A DNA stretch of 64,000 nucleotides from Botryllus schlosseri (taxonomy: Eukaryota). The notes under the pieces were generated by a model. It was not told the DNA's origin, searched no databases, and was given only the letters and a program-made list of their open reading frames with translations. The DNA lies in contig CM119377.1 in the NCBI GenBank assembly GCA_051294905.1, forward strand, positions 28,954,001-29,018,000. Reading direction: 5' to 3'. Position numbers and translations under genes: made by a program. Positions 1 to 9,128 of this stretch are shown here, piece by piece; position 1 is the stretch's first letter, and each line of letters opens with the position of its first letter.

Positions 1-424
1 ACCAAAAAAAGAATTCAAACAGGAGAGATGATCTCGTTGAAGGAAGGGGCCGACGAATGGATGACATGCATCCAGGATCAACTTGATGGAAGCGAAGTCG
101 GACCCAAGTCCGATAGAGAAAACGAGACGAGAGTTGGAAATGAACCTGACGACGACGGCCTGGCTGGAGATGAATCCGACGATGAGGAATCTGAAGGAGA
201 CGATTCGGCCGATGATGAGTCTGATGCGGACGAACCGGATGATGATGATGGAGAGGACGATGAAACTGAAGCAGGAGCGAACCTGCGAAGAGATGAAATT
301 ATATAGTGCCGATGATATTTTATTGTCATTTCACAACTGCATATATAATCATGTATATTTGAAATATCTTGTATTGCAATAAGTCATATTAGAAATAAAC
401 GCCCCCGTCGGGCTCATACAAAAA
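1..424 (+). mobile_element. E0: 3' end of an L1/Tx1-like LINE (acidic ORF2 C-terminus, 3' UTR, AATAAA, short A tail)
   Basis: Frame is open from base 1 to 306 and ends in a D/E-rich tail. An AT-rich UTR with AATAAA (~395) and AAAAA at 420-424 follows. Layout resembles the E5 3' end (26400-26880). Confidence 0.55.
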
Positions 425-434
425 GAATAAGCAG

Positions 435-469
435 ATTGGGGTATTTGGTTGTATTAAGGTAAGCATCGG
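435..469 (+). ncRNA. Candidate spliced-leader (SL) RNA gene, 5' part: SL exon + splice donor
   Basis: 435-458 ATTGGGGTATTTGGTTGTATTAAG is 23/24 identical to the 482-505 copy and to the recalled stolidobranch SL. It is followed directly by the canonical donor GTAAGC and not by the element 5' UTR. Confidence 0.75.
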
Positions 470-481
470 AGTATTTGGAGT

Positions 482-505
482 ATTGGAGTATTTGGTTGTA
501 TTAAG
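482..505 (+). other. SL exon copy at the 5' end of E1
   Basis: ATTGGAGTATTTGGTTGTATTAAG, preceded by a stuttered partial copy (470-481). Confidence 0.85.
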
Positions 506-667
506 GTAGCAACCGGCGTAAGTATACTAACGGCTATTTCAGATTCAAGGAGCGTACCGGAGCCGATGAGGCATTAGCTACTTACCGTAAACCTCAGTTT
601 TAACCTAGCGATTTAAGTAGGCTACTTCTTCCTTCCTTCTTTTCGTCAACGTTCGGACTACATTTTC

Positions 668-855
668 GAGTCTCCTTCAGACTCAATCCTTCTACCTCTC
701 CAGGACTCGACTCCTCTTCGTGGGTCGAGTCTTGACTCTCTCTCTTGAGTCAGGACAGGACTCGATGAGTCTTTTCTTTGGAGACTTGACTCTCTCTGGA
801 GTCAAGCCTCCACTTTCTCCTTTCTCTCGCGCCTCTCCCTTGAGACGACGAGAGA
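668..855 (+). repeat. GACTC/GAGTC hairpin array in LINE 5' UTR
   Basis: Five or six inverted GACTC..GAGTC pairs. Homologous arrays lie at about 12340-12560(-), 22395-22600(-), 57370-57540 and 61085-61295. Confidence 0.75.
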
Positions 856-862
856 CTTTAAC

Positions 863-2980
863 CATAGTGTCCTATATGGTGTCGACACAAGCAAATCGCA
901 CGGTTCAATGAAATTGTATCACGTCACAGTTTCCATTTGGCTACAGGCAATTTGACGGTGATTTTTGACCGACTTTCCGAGCATTAAATTTGATGAATCG
1001 GGTATCAATCGAAAGCTGACGCTGTACTGCTTGCGAAAATATAAATTTTATTCCACTCATGGCCCTGGAACCCCCACAATCTGCCCCAAATTATTCATTG
1101 TCGAGTAGATTGGCAGTGTGACGCAACAATGATGTCTGGCGAAACGAGAGACTAGCTCAAGAGCAAGGATGCGGCCGAGCGGCGAGAGTGGGATCAGCTG
1201 ACGTCGCCGCAATAGCAATGTGCAACCGCGCCACAGAGAAACGCTGCGCTGTTGATACTTTTTCTATGCGTTTCGCTAAAAGCGAGCACACACCAGCCTT
1301 TCCTTGACTTGTAAGGGTAGAACTGGGTCCACGGAATGTATTAGGGCCCTACCAATTTTCGCGCAATATCCTTGAGCTGATAGAGATATGTAGGCTACGT
1401 CTAAGTAGTCTACATTGGATATGTCAGATTATTATGATATCGATTGCCTTAGCCCGCTTGTTGCGTAGGGCTCCAGAGATGCGTGGCGCTGTTGATACTT
1501 TTTCTATGCGCTTCGCTAAAAGCGAGCACACACCAGCCTTTCCTTGACTTGTAATGGTAGAACTGGGTCCACGGAATGTATTTGGTCCCTACCAATTTTC
1601 GCGCAATCCTTCAGCTGTTAGAGATATTTCTAGTAAGAAAAAGATACTTTCAAGTAATAAGATTCACTCAAGACAGCAAATTTAGATAATGTAAATATAT
1701 CATATTGTAGTAATACAACTACAGTGTTGAGTTTTCACTCTAGTCCCAATAAGCACCACGTCGGTGACCTTGCCAAATTCCGAGAAGGCGAGAAAGTGCA
1801 AACTCTGTTGGGCCGAATGGACAATGGACATTCAGTTATTCACAGATGCGAAAAAAATACTGCAAATCCGTTTTACGTAAGTTACATTAGGAATATATAT
1901 ACAGGCTACAGAATGAATATATTTCAAATATCTGTGATACCACTGTATTACTTTTGACGCAAAAGGTCCCCGGCATTCAAAAAAACTATTTGGTGATTGA
2001 AAAATGCTAAACTAAATTCCAACGTCAATGTTTATAGTGATATCAGATATATTCCAATGAAAAACAAAGGTATGAATTTGGTGGTAACATTTTGGAATCA
2101 TTTGGCAGGTATGGCCCGCAAGCTTTCTAGTAACGGATTGAATCCGGACAGCGATACCAGTTTAATTCGACACTCCTGCTGTTAAACTTTATTCAACAAT
2201 CAACATTTTACCTGCTGCATTCGCGGACCAAGTCCTACCCATACGGATCAAATAAAAGCTTGTAATGTATGCTCAATTGCTCATGCTCAATGCTCCGTGC
2301 TCACACTTAACCATAAAAGCGACTATAGAAAGTATCGACACCCGCCATCAACAGCGCGACGTGTCTCTGGAGCCCTACGCAACAAGCGGGCTAAGGCAAT
2401 AGATATCATAATAATCTGACATATCCAATGTAGACTACTTAGACGTAGCCTACATATCTTTATCAGCTGAAGGATATTGCGCGAAAATTGGTAGGGCCCT
2501 AATACATTCTGTGGACCCAGTTCTACCCTTACAAGTCAAGGAAAGGCTGGTGTGTGCTCGCTTGTACCGAAACGCATAGAAAAAGTATCAACAGCGCAGC
2601 GTTTCTCTGTGGCGCGTTTGCACATCGCTATTGCCGCGACGTCAGCTGATCCCACTCTCGCCGCTCGGCCGCATCCTTGCTCTTGAGCTAGTCTCTCGTT
2701 TCGCCAGACAGCATTGTTGCGTCACACTGCCAATCTACTCGACAATGAATAATTGGGGGCTGATTGTGGGGGTTCCAGGGCTGCGAGCGGCATAAAATTT
2801 ATATTTTCGTAATCAGTGCAGAGTCAGCTTTCGATTGATACCCGATTCATCAAATTTAATGCTCGGCAAGCCGGTCAAAAATCACCGTCAAATTGCCTGT
2901 AGCCAAATGGAAACTGTGACGTGATACAATTTCATTGAACTGTGCGATTTGCTTGTGTCGACACCATATAGGACACTATG
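863..2980. mobile_element. Non-autonomous foldback DNA transposon (P-like MITE), ~630-bp inverted arms
   Basis: Termini CATAGTGTCCTATATGG / CCATATAGGACACTATG; 7-bp TSD CTTTAAC (856-862, 2981-2987). The left arm has a ~240-bp internal duplication. No transposase ORF. Confidence 0.85.
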
Positions 2981-3332
2981 CTTTAACCTTACTTTACCTT
3001 CGATCGTTTGACGTCTGCTGTCTCGATCGAACGATCTCTCTAGCCGTCTAACAACGCCCTTGCAAACGGCTTTGTGCCTACTAAAAAGCGCTTTCAAACA
3101 ACGCTACTGTCCTGCATTTTAGAGTGGGATTAGCAACCATAGTACATCGCTATAGTCTGTTATCCTAGGCTCTTGTGTAACAAGCAGCGAAAACAACAGT
3201 AGTGACAGCTCCCAAGAATCAGGTTAGCTAGACCAACCTTCGGTAAACTGTAGCAAGCCTTCACACACAGATACCTGAAGGTTCAAGATACAGATAGTAC
3301 AAACAGAAGCCGACAACGAAAGAGCAACAAGG

Positions 3333-4500
3333 ATGGCATACGCAAACGCAGTACAAAACATTCAAGCACAACGCGTAACATATGGACTTAGACCGAGATC
3401 TATAGACATAATAGCGCCATCCGAAACGACCGCCTTTCAAATAATCGAGGTGCTAAGATCACACCCACAGCTCTCTAAACACCCGGAAGACATTCTCTCC
3501 ATGTTTCAAATAGGGAGAAACACCTTTAACTTAACTTTCACTGACGCACAGCCAGCTGAGCAGATGAAACAAAACTTCCTTCAACAAGGCGAGAATGGGA
3601 TTGCCACTGATAATGACACCATTTACTTTGAATATCCCAGACTGCCGACAGTTAAGATCAACGTTAGAGCAATTCCTACGGAAACAGAAGAGGAAGAATT
3701 CAGAAGGAAGTTTATATCTTACAACTGTGGCACAATCAAAGAGACAACCAAAATCTATCATCGGGGTACAAATATACAAAACGGCTATCGACAAATATCG
3801 GTCGAAAACTATCAGCTGGGCAAGATCCCAACCTTTGTATATCTTAGGAAGGCACCTTGCAAGGTGTATCTACCAGATACAGATGAGACGCACCAAAAAT
3901 GCTACAAATGCCTCCAACCAGGGCACGGATCCAGAGAGTGTCCCAATCAGACGGCGTGACTACTGTGCAGTAAGCAAGTAAAAACCAATACAAAATCAGG
4001 TACCGGTGCGAGAAGGAAAATACTTCAACACGAGCCGATGTCTGGCTCGCAATACACAAAAACGGCTGCCGCGCAGCAATCACAATTGGCGTCTCAGGGA
4101 CCCGGACAAGACGAAAATACACAACTAGACATAGAAATCGAAAATAAAACACACGGTGAGAAACCGAATATCGATGAAGGAAGTAGTGAGGTAAACGATA
4201 CTGAAATTGAAGACGTCTTCAGGCAAATAGACTCTATGTGCGAAGAAGAAAGCGTGCAGAACAAAACAATAATCAAAGCTACAGACGCAATTGAGAGCAG
4301 CAACGAAGATGAAGGAGAACTGACTATAGTAATCAGTGAAGAGGAAATAGCAGGCCTGAAATCCCCGAGAAATCGAAAGGAGTGATAGCGCACATGTCAT
4401 GTAAAGTCTTTGAGGAACGCTCCTTTACCCAGGAAGAAGAATCGCCGAACAAACGCAATAATGACCAGAGAAGTCCAACTGGGAGACCGAAACCTAGTAA
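3333..4500 (+). pseudogene. E1 ORF1 (RNA-binding, CCHC zinc knuckle), disrupted after aa 208
   Basis: MAYANA..TYGLRPRS N-terminus and CYKCLQPGHGSREC knuckle. A TGA replaces the Cys of the second knuckle. An acidic low-complexity tail follows in other frames. Confidence 0.85.
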
Positions 4501-4533
4501 ACATGAAAAGTAGCGCGCCCATTCCAAAATCCG

Positions 4534-7500
4534 ATGGATAACAAAATTTTATCCTTGAACGCCAATGGGATGGAAACCCATTGGTTCAAAATTAAAAACC
4601 TACTCAAAAGGGACAAGAATTGGAATATAATATGCATTCAAGAGACCCATAGAGTAGACATAACTAAAATAAGGAAATGGACAAAACAGAACGAATTCTT
4701 ATATTATCCAAACCACATAAATGTCGGGCAAACTTGGATAGATACAGAAGAGGGAAAATAACACTACTATAGAGGGACCAGTAAAATTATCAGAAAGGAA
4801 ATGGGAACTAAATTCGGAATCACCCATCGGATTATAAAGGAAAATAGGGCACAAGCGCTACAATTAACTGATCACGAAACGGAAGAGGACACGACAGTAT
4901 ACAATGTATACGGTCCCAGTGACGTCGGAAGACATCAAACGGATTTTTATAAGGAACTTATAACGGAAATCGAAAAAGACCCAGACAACGCAATAGTCTG
5001 CGGTGACTTTAATATAGTCACCGAGAAAATAGCTTCTAAAAACACCGAGAATTTTAAATTCACACTAGCGGCCAAAGTCTGGAAATCCTTCACGGAAATA
5101 TATAAAATACGAGACGTATGGCGTTGGCGAAACCCAACTAAAAAACTATACACAATAATGAAAGCAAGGCAATCAAGACGGATTGACAGGATATATGTGT
5201 CGCAGAAAAATCTAGCGAGAGTCAGAAGCACGACCTACATACTTAACACTATAAGCAGATCATGTCTTCATGCAAAAAATCCATATTGCCAAACCCTTCA
5301 ACATCCAATGGGGTAACCGGGTCTGGAAGAATGATGCCAGACTCTTCCAGAACGAAGACCTGCACGAAATAATAAAAAGGACCCACCAGACATGCACGGA
5401 AAACAAGCCGTTTTTCAACGATGTGTATGACTGGTGGGACTACCTGAAAAAACAAATGAAAACGCAACTAAAGAACTACAGCTGGTTAAAAAAAGGCCGA
5501 AAACGACAACAAGATAAAAGCTTTGTATGAAAAAAATACACCAAATCCAAAACGACCCAAACCCGCAAGATAGCCCCCTTGAGGCCGTAAAAGAACTAAA
5601 GAAAATAGAGGAGGAAATACGCCACCAATGTAACCTCCATAAGCTTAGGGACCTCGAGGAGGACGAAAAACCTACAAGGTTCGAAAAACTGAAGCAGAGA
5701 AAGGAAAGTAAGATATTGAGCGAGGTAATAAATGAAAGAGGTACCACGATCACCTCTAAAGAGGGAGTATTGGGAGAGGTAGAAGACTTCTACAAAAACC
5801 TCTGGGCCAAGGATGTGAATGCAAATAATGATATACAAATGCAATACCTGGATGAAATCAGACACATCAAAATCACTCCTGAAGAAAGAGAGGGGCTAAA
5901 AACCCAGATAGATCACGATGAAATAAAAGCCGTAATCCAGAAAATGGAATATGGTAAAACACCAGGACCAGACGGCTTATCGAGGGAATTTTACGCCAAT
6001 TACTATTATATCCTAAAGAACGATATACAGGAGGTAATTAACAATGCTTACCTATTCGGTGGAACATGCAAAACTTGGTCAGAAGGCATAACCACAATGG
6101 TCTATAAAAAGGGAAGCCCCCAGGATTTAAAAACTGGAGACCTATCACCCTCTTAAACACTGATTATAAAATCCTCACCGCAATATTGGCAGCAAGACTT
6201 AAACCCATCCTCCCAAACATCATCAATGGAACACAGAAATGTGGGATTCAGGGAAGATGCATAACAGATATCTTGAGAAATACACGAGCCGCGACCCAAT
6301 ACGCGAAAGAACGAGGAAAAGGTCCGACCAAGAGAAAGCCTTTGACAAAGCCTTTGACAAGGTAAACCATAATTATATCTATAAAATCTTGGATATATAC
6401 AGTTTTCCCAACCACTTCACTAAACTGATTTAAAATATCCATCAGGAAGCTAAAAGCAAAATCCTAGTGAATGGAGCCTTAACCCAAGAAATACCTCTTG
6501 AAAGAGGAATTAGGCAGCGGTGTCCGCTTAGCATGACCCTCAATGCCATTTGCAGCGACCCCCTCGCCAGAAGAATAGAAAAAGTCCACACGATCGAAGC
6601 ATTTAGGTTGGGAAAATACAATATGAAGATCCAGCAGTACGCGGACGATCTCACGGGCTACCTGACCAAAGAGGGGATATTGGGAAAATATTCCGAGAAT
6701 TCGATAAATATGAAAGAGCGACGGGGCAGAGGCTAAATGCGGGGAAAACCCAAATTCTTCACATACAGCCGAAAGGAAACTTCCCAACCCAAAAAATGCA
6801 GACCTAAAAAAGCCTAGCATAGAAATACTAAGACAAATATTCGGAATAAATCAGGTGATAGACACCTGGAAAAAGAGAACAATGAAAATCAAGAAAATAG
6901 TCAACGCCTACAGGCACAGAATGGATTGAAAAAAACATCCTAAACTCGTTAGCCGCAAGGCAAATAATATATAATGCGCGAGTAATAGCGATGATAAAGG
7001 AAGTACAGAAAGAAATACAGAAGATGTATTTCTACTTTCTCTGGCAACCAGAAAAAATGGAGGCTATAAAAAGGAAGACCCTAATATCAGAAAAGAGGAG
7101 GGGAGGAATGGAAATGCCGGATGTTTAGGCAAGAGTGAAAAGCCTGTGAATTAGAAAATATCCTAATTCTTAGAGAAATGAAAAAACCAACAGAACTATG
7201 GCACAAATATGCCATTTATGAGACGGGAACCAGAATAAAAGAAATTAACAAGAATCTTTATAGGAATACAGGACCCCACAAATTCCCGACCCCGCCCACC
7301 TGGGTCGAGAATCTGGAGATGAGCAGACGTATAGATCTCGATGAGGAGGAGTGGAGAGAGGCCACCCATAAGTCCTTGATAAGGCAATAAAAAATTTGAA
7401 TGAAATTAGGCCAGACATCAGAACGGAAAAAGGGGAGGAAATTAATTGGAATAAAATAAACCAAACGAAGTATGACACCCAAAAAACTATTACAAATGAA

Positions 7501-7990
7501 GAACTCATCATAAACTATAGAACAGCGCAGAACGGGTATATATTTGGGAACAAAAAAAGAAATCGAAACACAACGCACACAAATTTAGGCAAACCATTGA
7601 TATTAAATTAAACTGTGAATTCTGTAATGAAAGAAACGATGACGTAGAGCATATTCTCACGTTATGTACACATCTTAAAAAATTACGGAACCAAATAGGG
7701 AACATTGGGGAAAAAACTGAATAAAAATTAAATCCTATATAATATCGGAAATTGCAAGCTAGATTGGACCATACTGTCGATCTACAAGAAAGCCGCTATA
7801 AATTTCAAAATAGCACTGGATATCTATAACAGAATGATTACAGATGAAAATATAACAAAAAACATATTGAGAAAAATGAAAAGAAGATTAAATCGAGTAA
7901 CACCAGACAAACAGACGGACAAACTAATCGCAAACATCGCGAAGTTACGATCTGGTCCGCGAAGTTACGATCTGGTCCACTCTAACCTAA
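4534..7990 (+). pseudogene. E1 ORF2: APE endonuclease + reverse transcriptase, multiply frameshifted
   Basis: EN motifs SLNANG, CIQETH, GDFN, IDRIY. RT motifs KTPGPDG, DQEKAFD, GIRQRCPLS, QYADD. Confidence 0.9.
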
Positions 7991-8185
7991 TGAAAAAAAA
8001 TAATAAAACACAATAACCCCTAAAGCTGGGCTCCAAATGAAAGCTTGGCCAACCCAACAAAAAAAGTGACAAAAATCCCTTCCGGGGACGAGGGGGAGGC
8101 CCGACAAAAACGGCCCAACCACTCGCGGCAGGTGGGCAGCGTTTGGAGCACAAATGGAAATATTGCCTCCTTTTGCCGTGATGAC

Positions 8186-8271
8186 ATTGGAGTAGTTGGT
8201 TGTACTAAGGTATGGAAAAACCTGACAGAACCAAAAATTCCATTGTAGTTGTTGGCTGTACTAAAGTACGG
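8186..8271 (+). other. Two SL-like exon+donor copies in the E1 3' UTR (56-bp period)
   Basis: 8186-8209 ATTGGAGTAGTTGGTTGTACTAAG|GTATGG (22/24 to SL); a more degenerate copy at 8242-8265 is followed by GTACGG. Confidence 0.7.
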
Positions 8272-8329
8272 GAAAACCTGACAGAATCAAAGCTAGAGGA
8301 GCTAACAAGCTTAATAGAGTAAAATAAGA

Positions 8330-8470
8330 TGAAACCGTTAAACTAAGTTAAGAAACCGTTTTGAAATTCGAAACCGTTAAACTAAGTTAAGAAACTGCTC
8401 GAAACCGTTAAACTAAGTTAAGAAACTGTTTGGAAATTCTTAAGAAACTGTTTGGAAATTCCTAAGTTAA
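8330..8470 (+). repeat. Short degenerate tandem repeat in the E1 3' UTR
   Basis: Repeated GAAACCGTT(AAACTAAGTTAA) and GAAACTGTTTGGAAATTC units. Confidence 0.6.
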
Positions 8471-8617
8471 AAATAAAAAAAAAACATAAAAATAAACAAA
8501 ATGTGTAGTAAAGACCCCGAGCGGGAGGTAGCCCTATTCTATGAGAGGGCTGCCAAACGCCAGAGGGCTGCCAAACGCCGGCGGATGCCGGGAGCCGTAA
8601 AAAAAATAAGCATCGGC

Positions 8618-8959
8618 TTACTGGACGGTGGCCGGTGCGAAACCCTAGTGGTCCAACCATAATACCTCCAATCACTCTCACACCCAGGAAGAGTATGGCC
8701 TTTGGCCTTCATATTCCGACCCTGGATCTGAGTCTGCTTGACGGGCCAGTATCCCATGCATAGCCATGGTGGCGAGGACAAGCTTGTGGCCCCAGACTCA
8801 AGCCCCTCAAAGACTGGCTATGCAGACTCGCTGCACCTTCATGCTGGGACGGAAAAAATGAAGATGAAATGCGAGTCAACCGCGATGGGAAATCTGTGTC
8901 CTAAGACACAGAGGACCCAATACGGGGGGAGGTTTACTGCGGTTCCTCCGGACAAAAAA
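8618..8959 (+). mobile_element. E2: 5'-truncated LINE 3' fragment (or short non-autonomous element) at the same SL site
   Basis: Ends in ACGGGGGGAGGTTTACTGCGGTTCCTCC (shared with ~49482-49509) plus an A tail. TSD AAGCATCGGC (8608-8617, 8960-8969). Confidence 0.75.
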
Positions 8960-9012
8960 AAGCATCGGCAGGGTGCTGCCAGTTTAGACAGGTGTCTTCC
9001 TAGCTGTTTTTG
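8960..9012 (+). ncRNA. Candidate 3' (intron) part of the interrupted SL RNA gene
   Basis: Continues the target after the TSD: AAGCATCGGCAGGGTGCTGCCAGTTTAGACAGGTGTCTTCCTAGCTGTTTTT. It has hairpin potential and ends in a T-run; no canonical Sm site is present. Confidence 0.45.
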
Positions 9013-9128
9013 CAGATTTAACATTAGCTGTGGTTTTGACGCTGTGGCAAACGTTGTAATTTAAAAAAACTAGACAGGACGTGCTTTTTATAGAAGTAAA
9101 TTTTATTTTGCGGTGCGACGTACTAGAC

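Larger units (their letters stand above)
470..8606 (+). mobile_element. E1: full-length decayed L1/Tx1-like LINE with SL head, inserted in the SL RNA gene
   Basis: SL head (482-505), long 5' UTR, ORF1, ORF2 (EN-RT-C-terminal Cys motif), 3' UTR and A8 tail (8599-8606). Flanked by TSD TAAGCATCGG (460-469, 8607-8616). Confidence 0.9.

Noticed and set aside
565-600. Hammerhead-like CCGATGAG...GTAAAC in the E1 5' UTR
   Set aside because: The core is not CTGANGA/GAAA and is not conserved in the four homologous UTRs.
440-940. DIRS/Ngaro split direct repeats as the explanation for the repeated heads
   Set aside because: No tyrosine recombinase or LTR-type RT is present; the repeats are 5' UTRs of APE-RT LINEs with A tails and TSDs.
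8618-8655. Possible ribozyme at CTGGACGG..CGAAAC
   Set aside because: It lacks the CTGANGA core and a convincing stem II.
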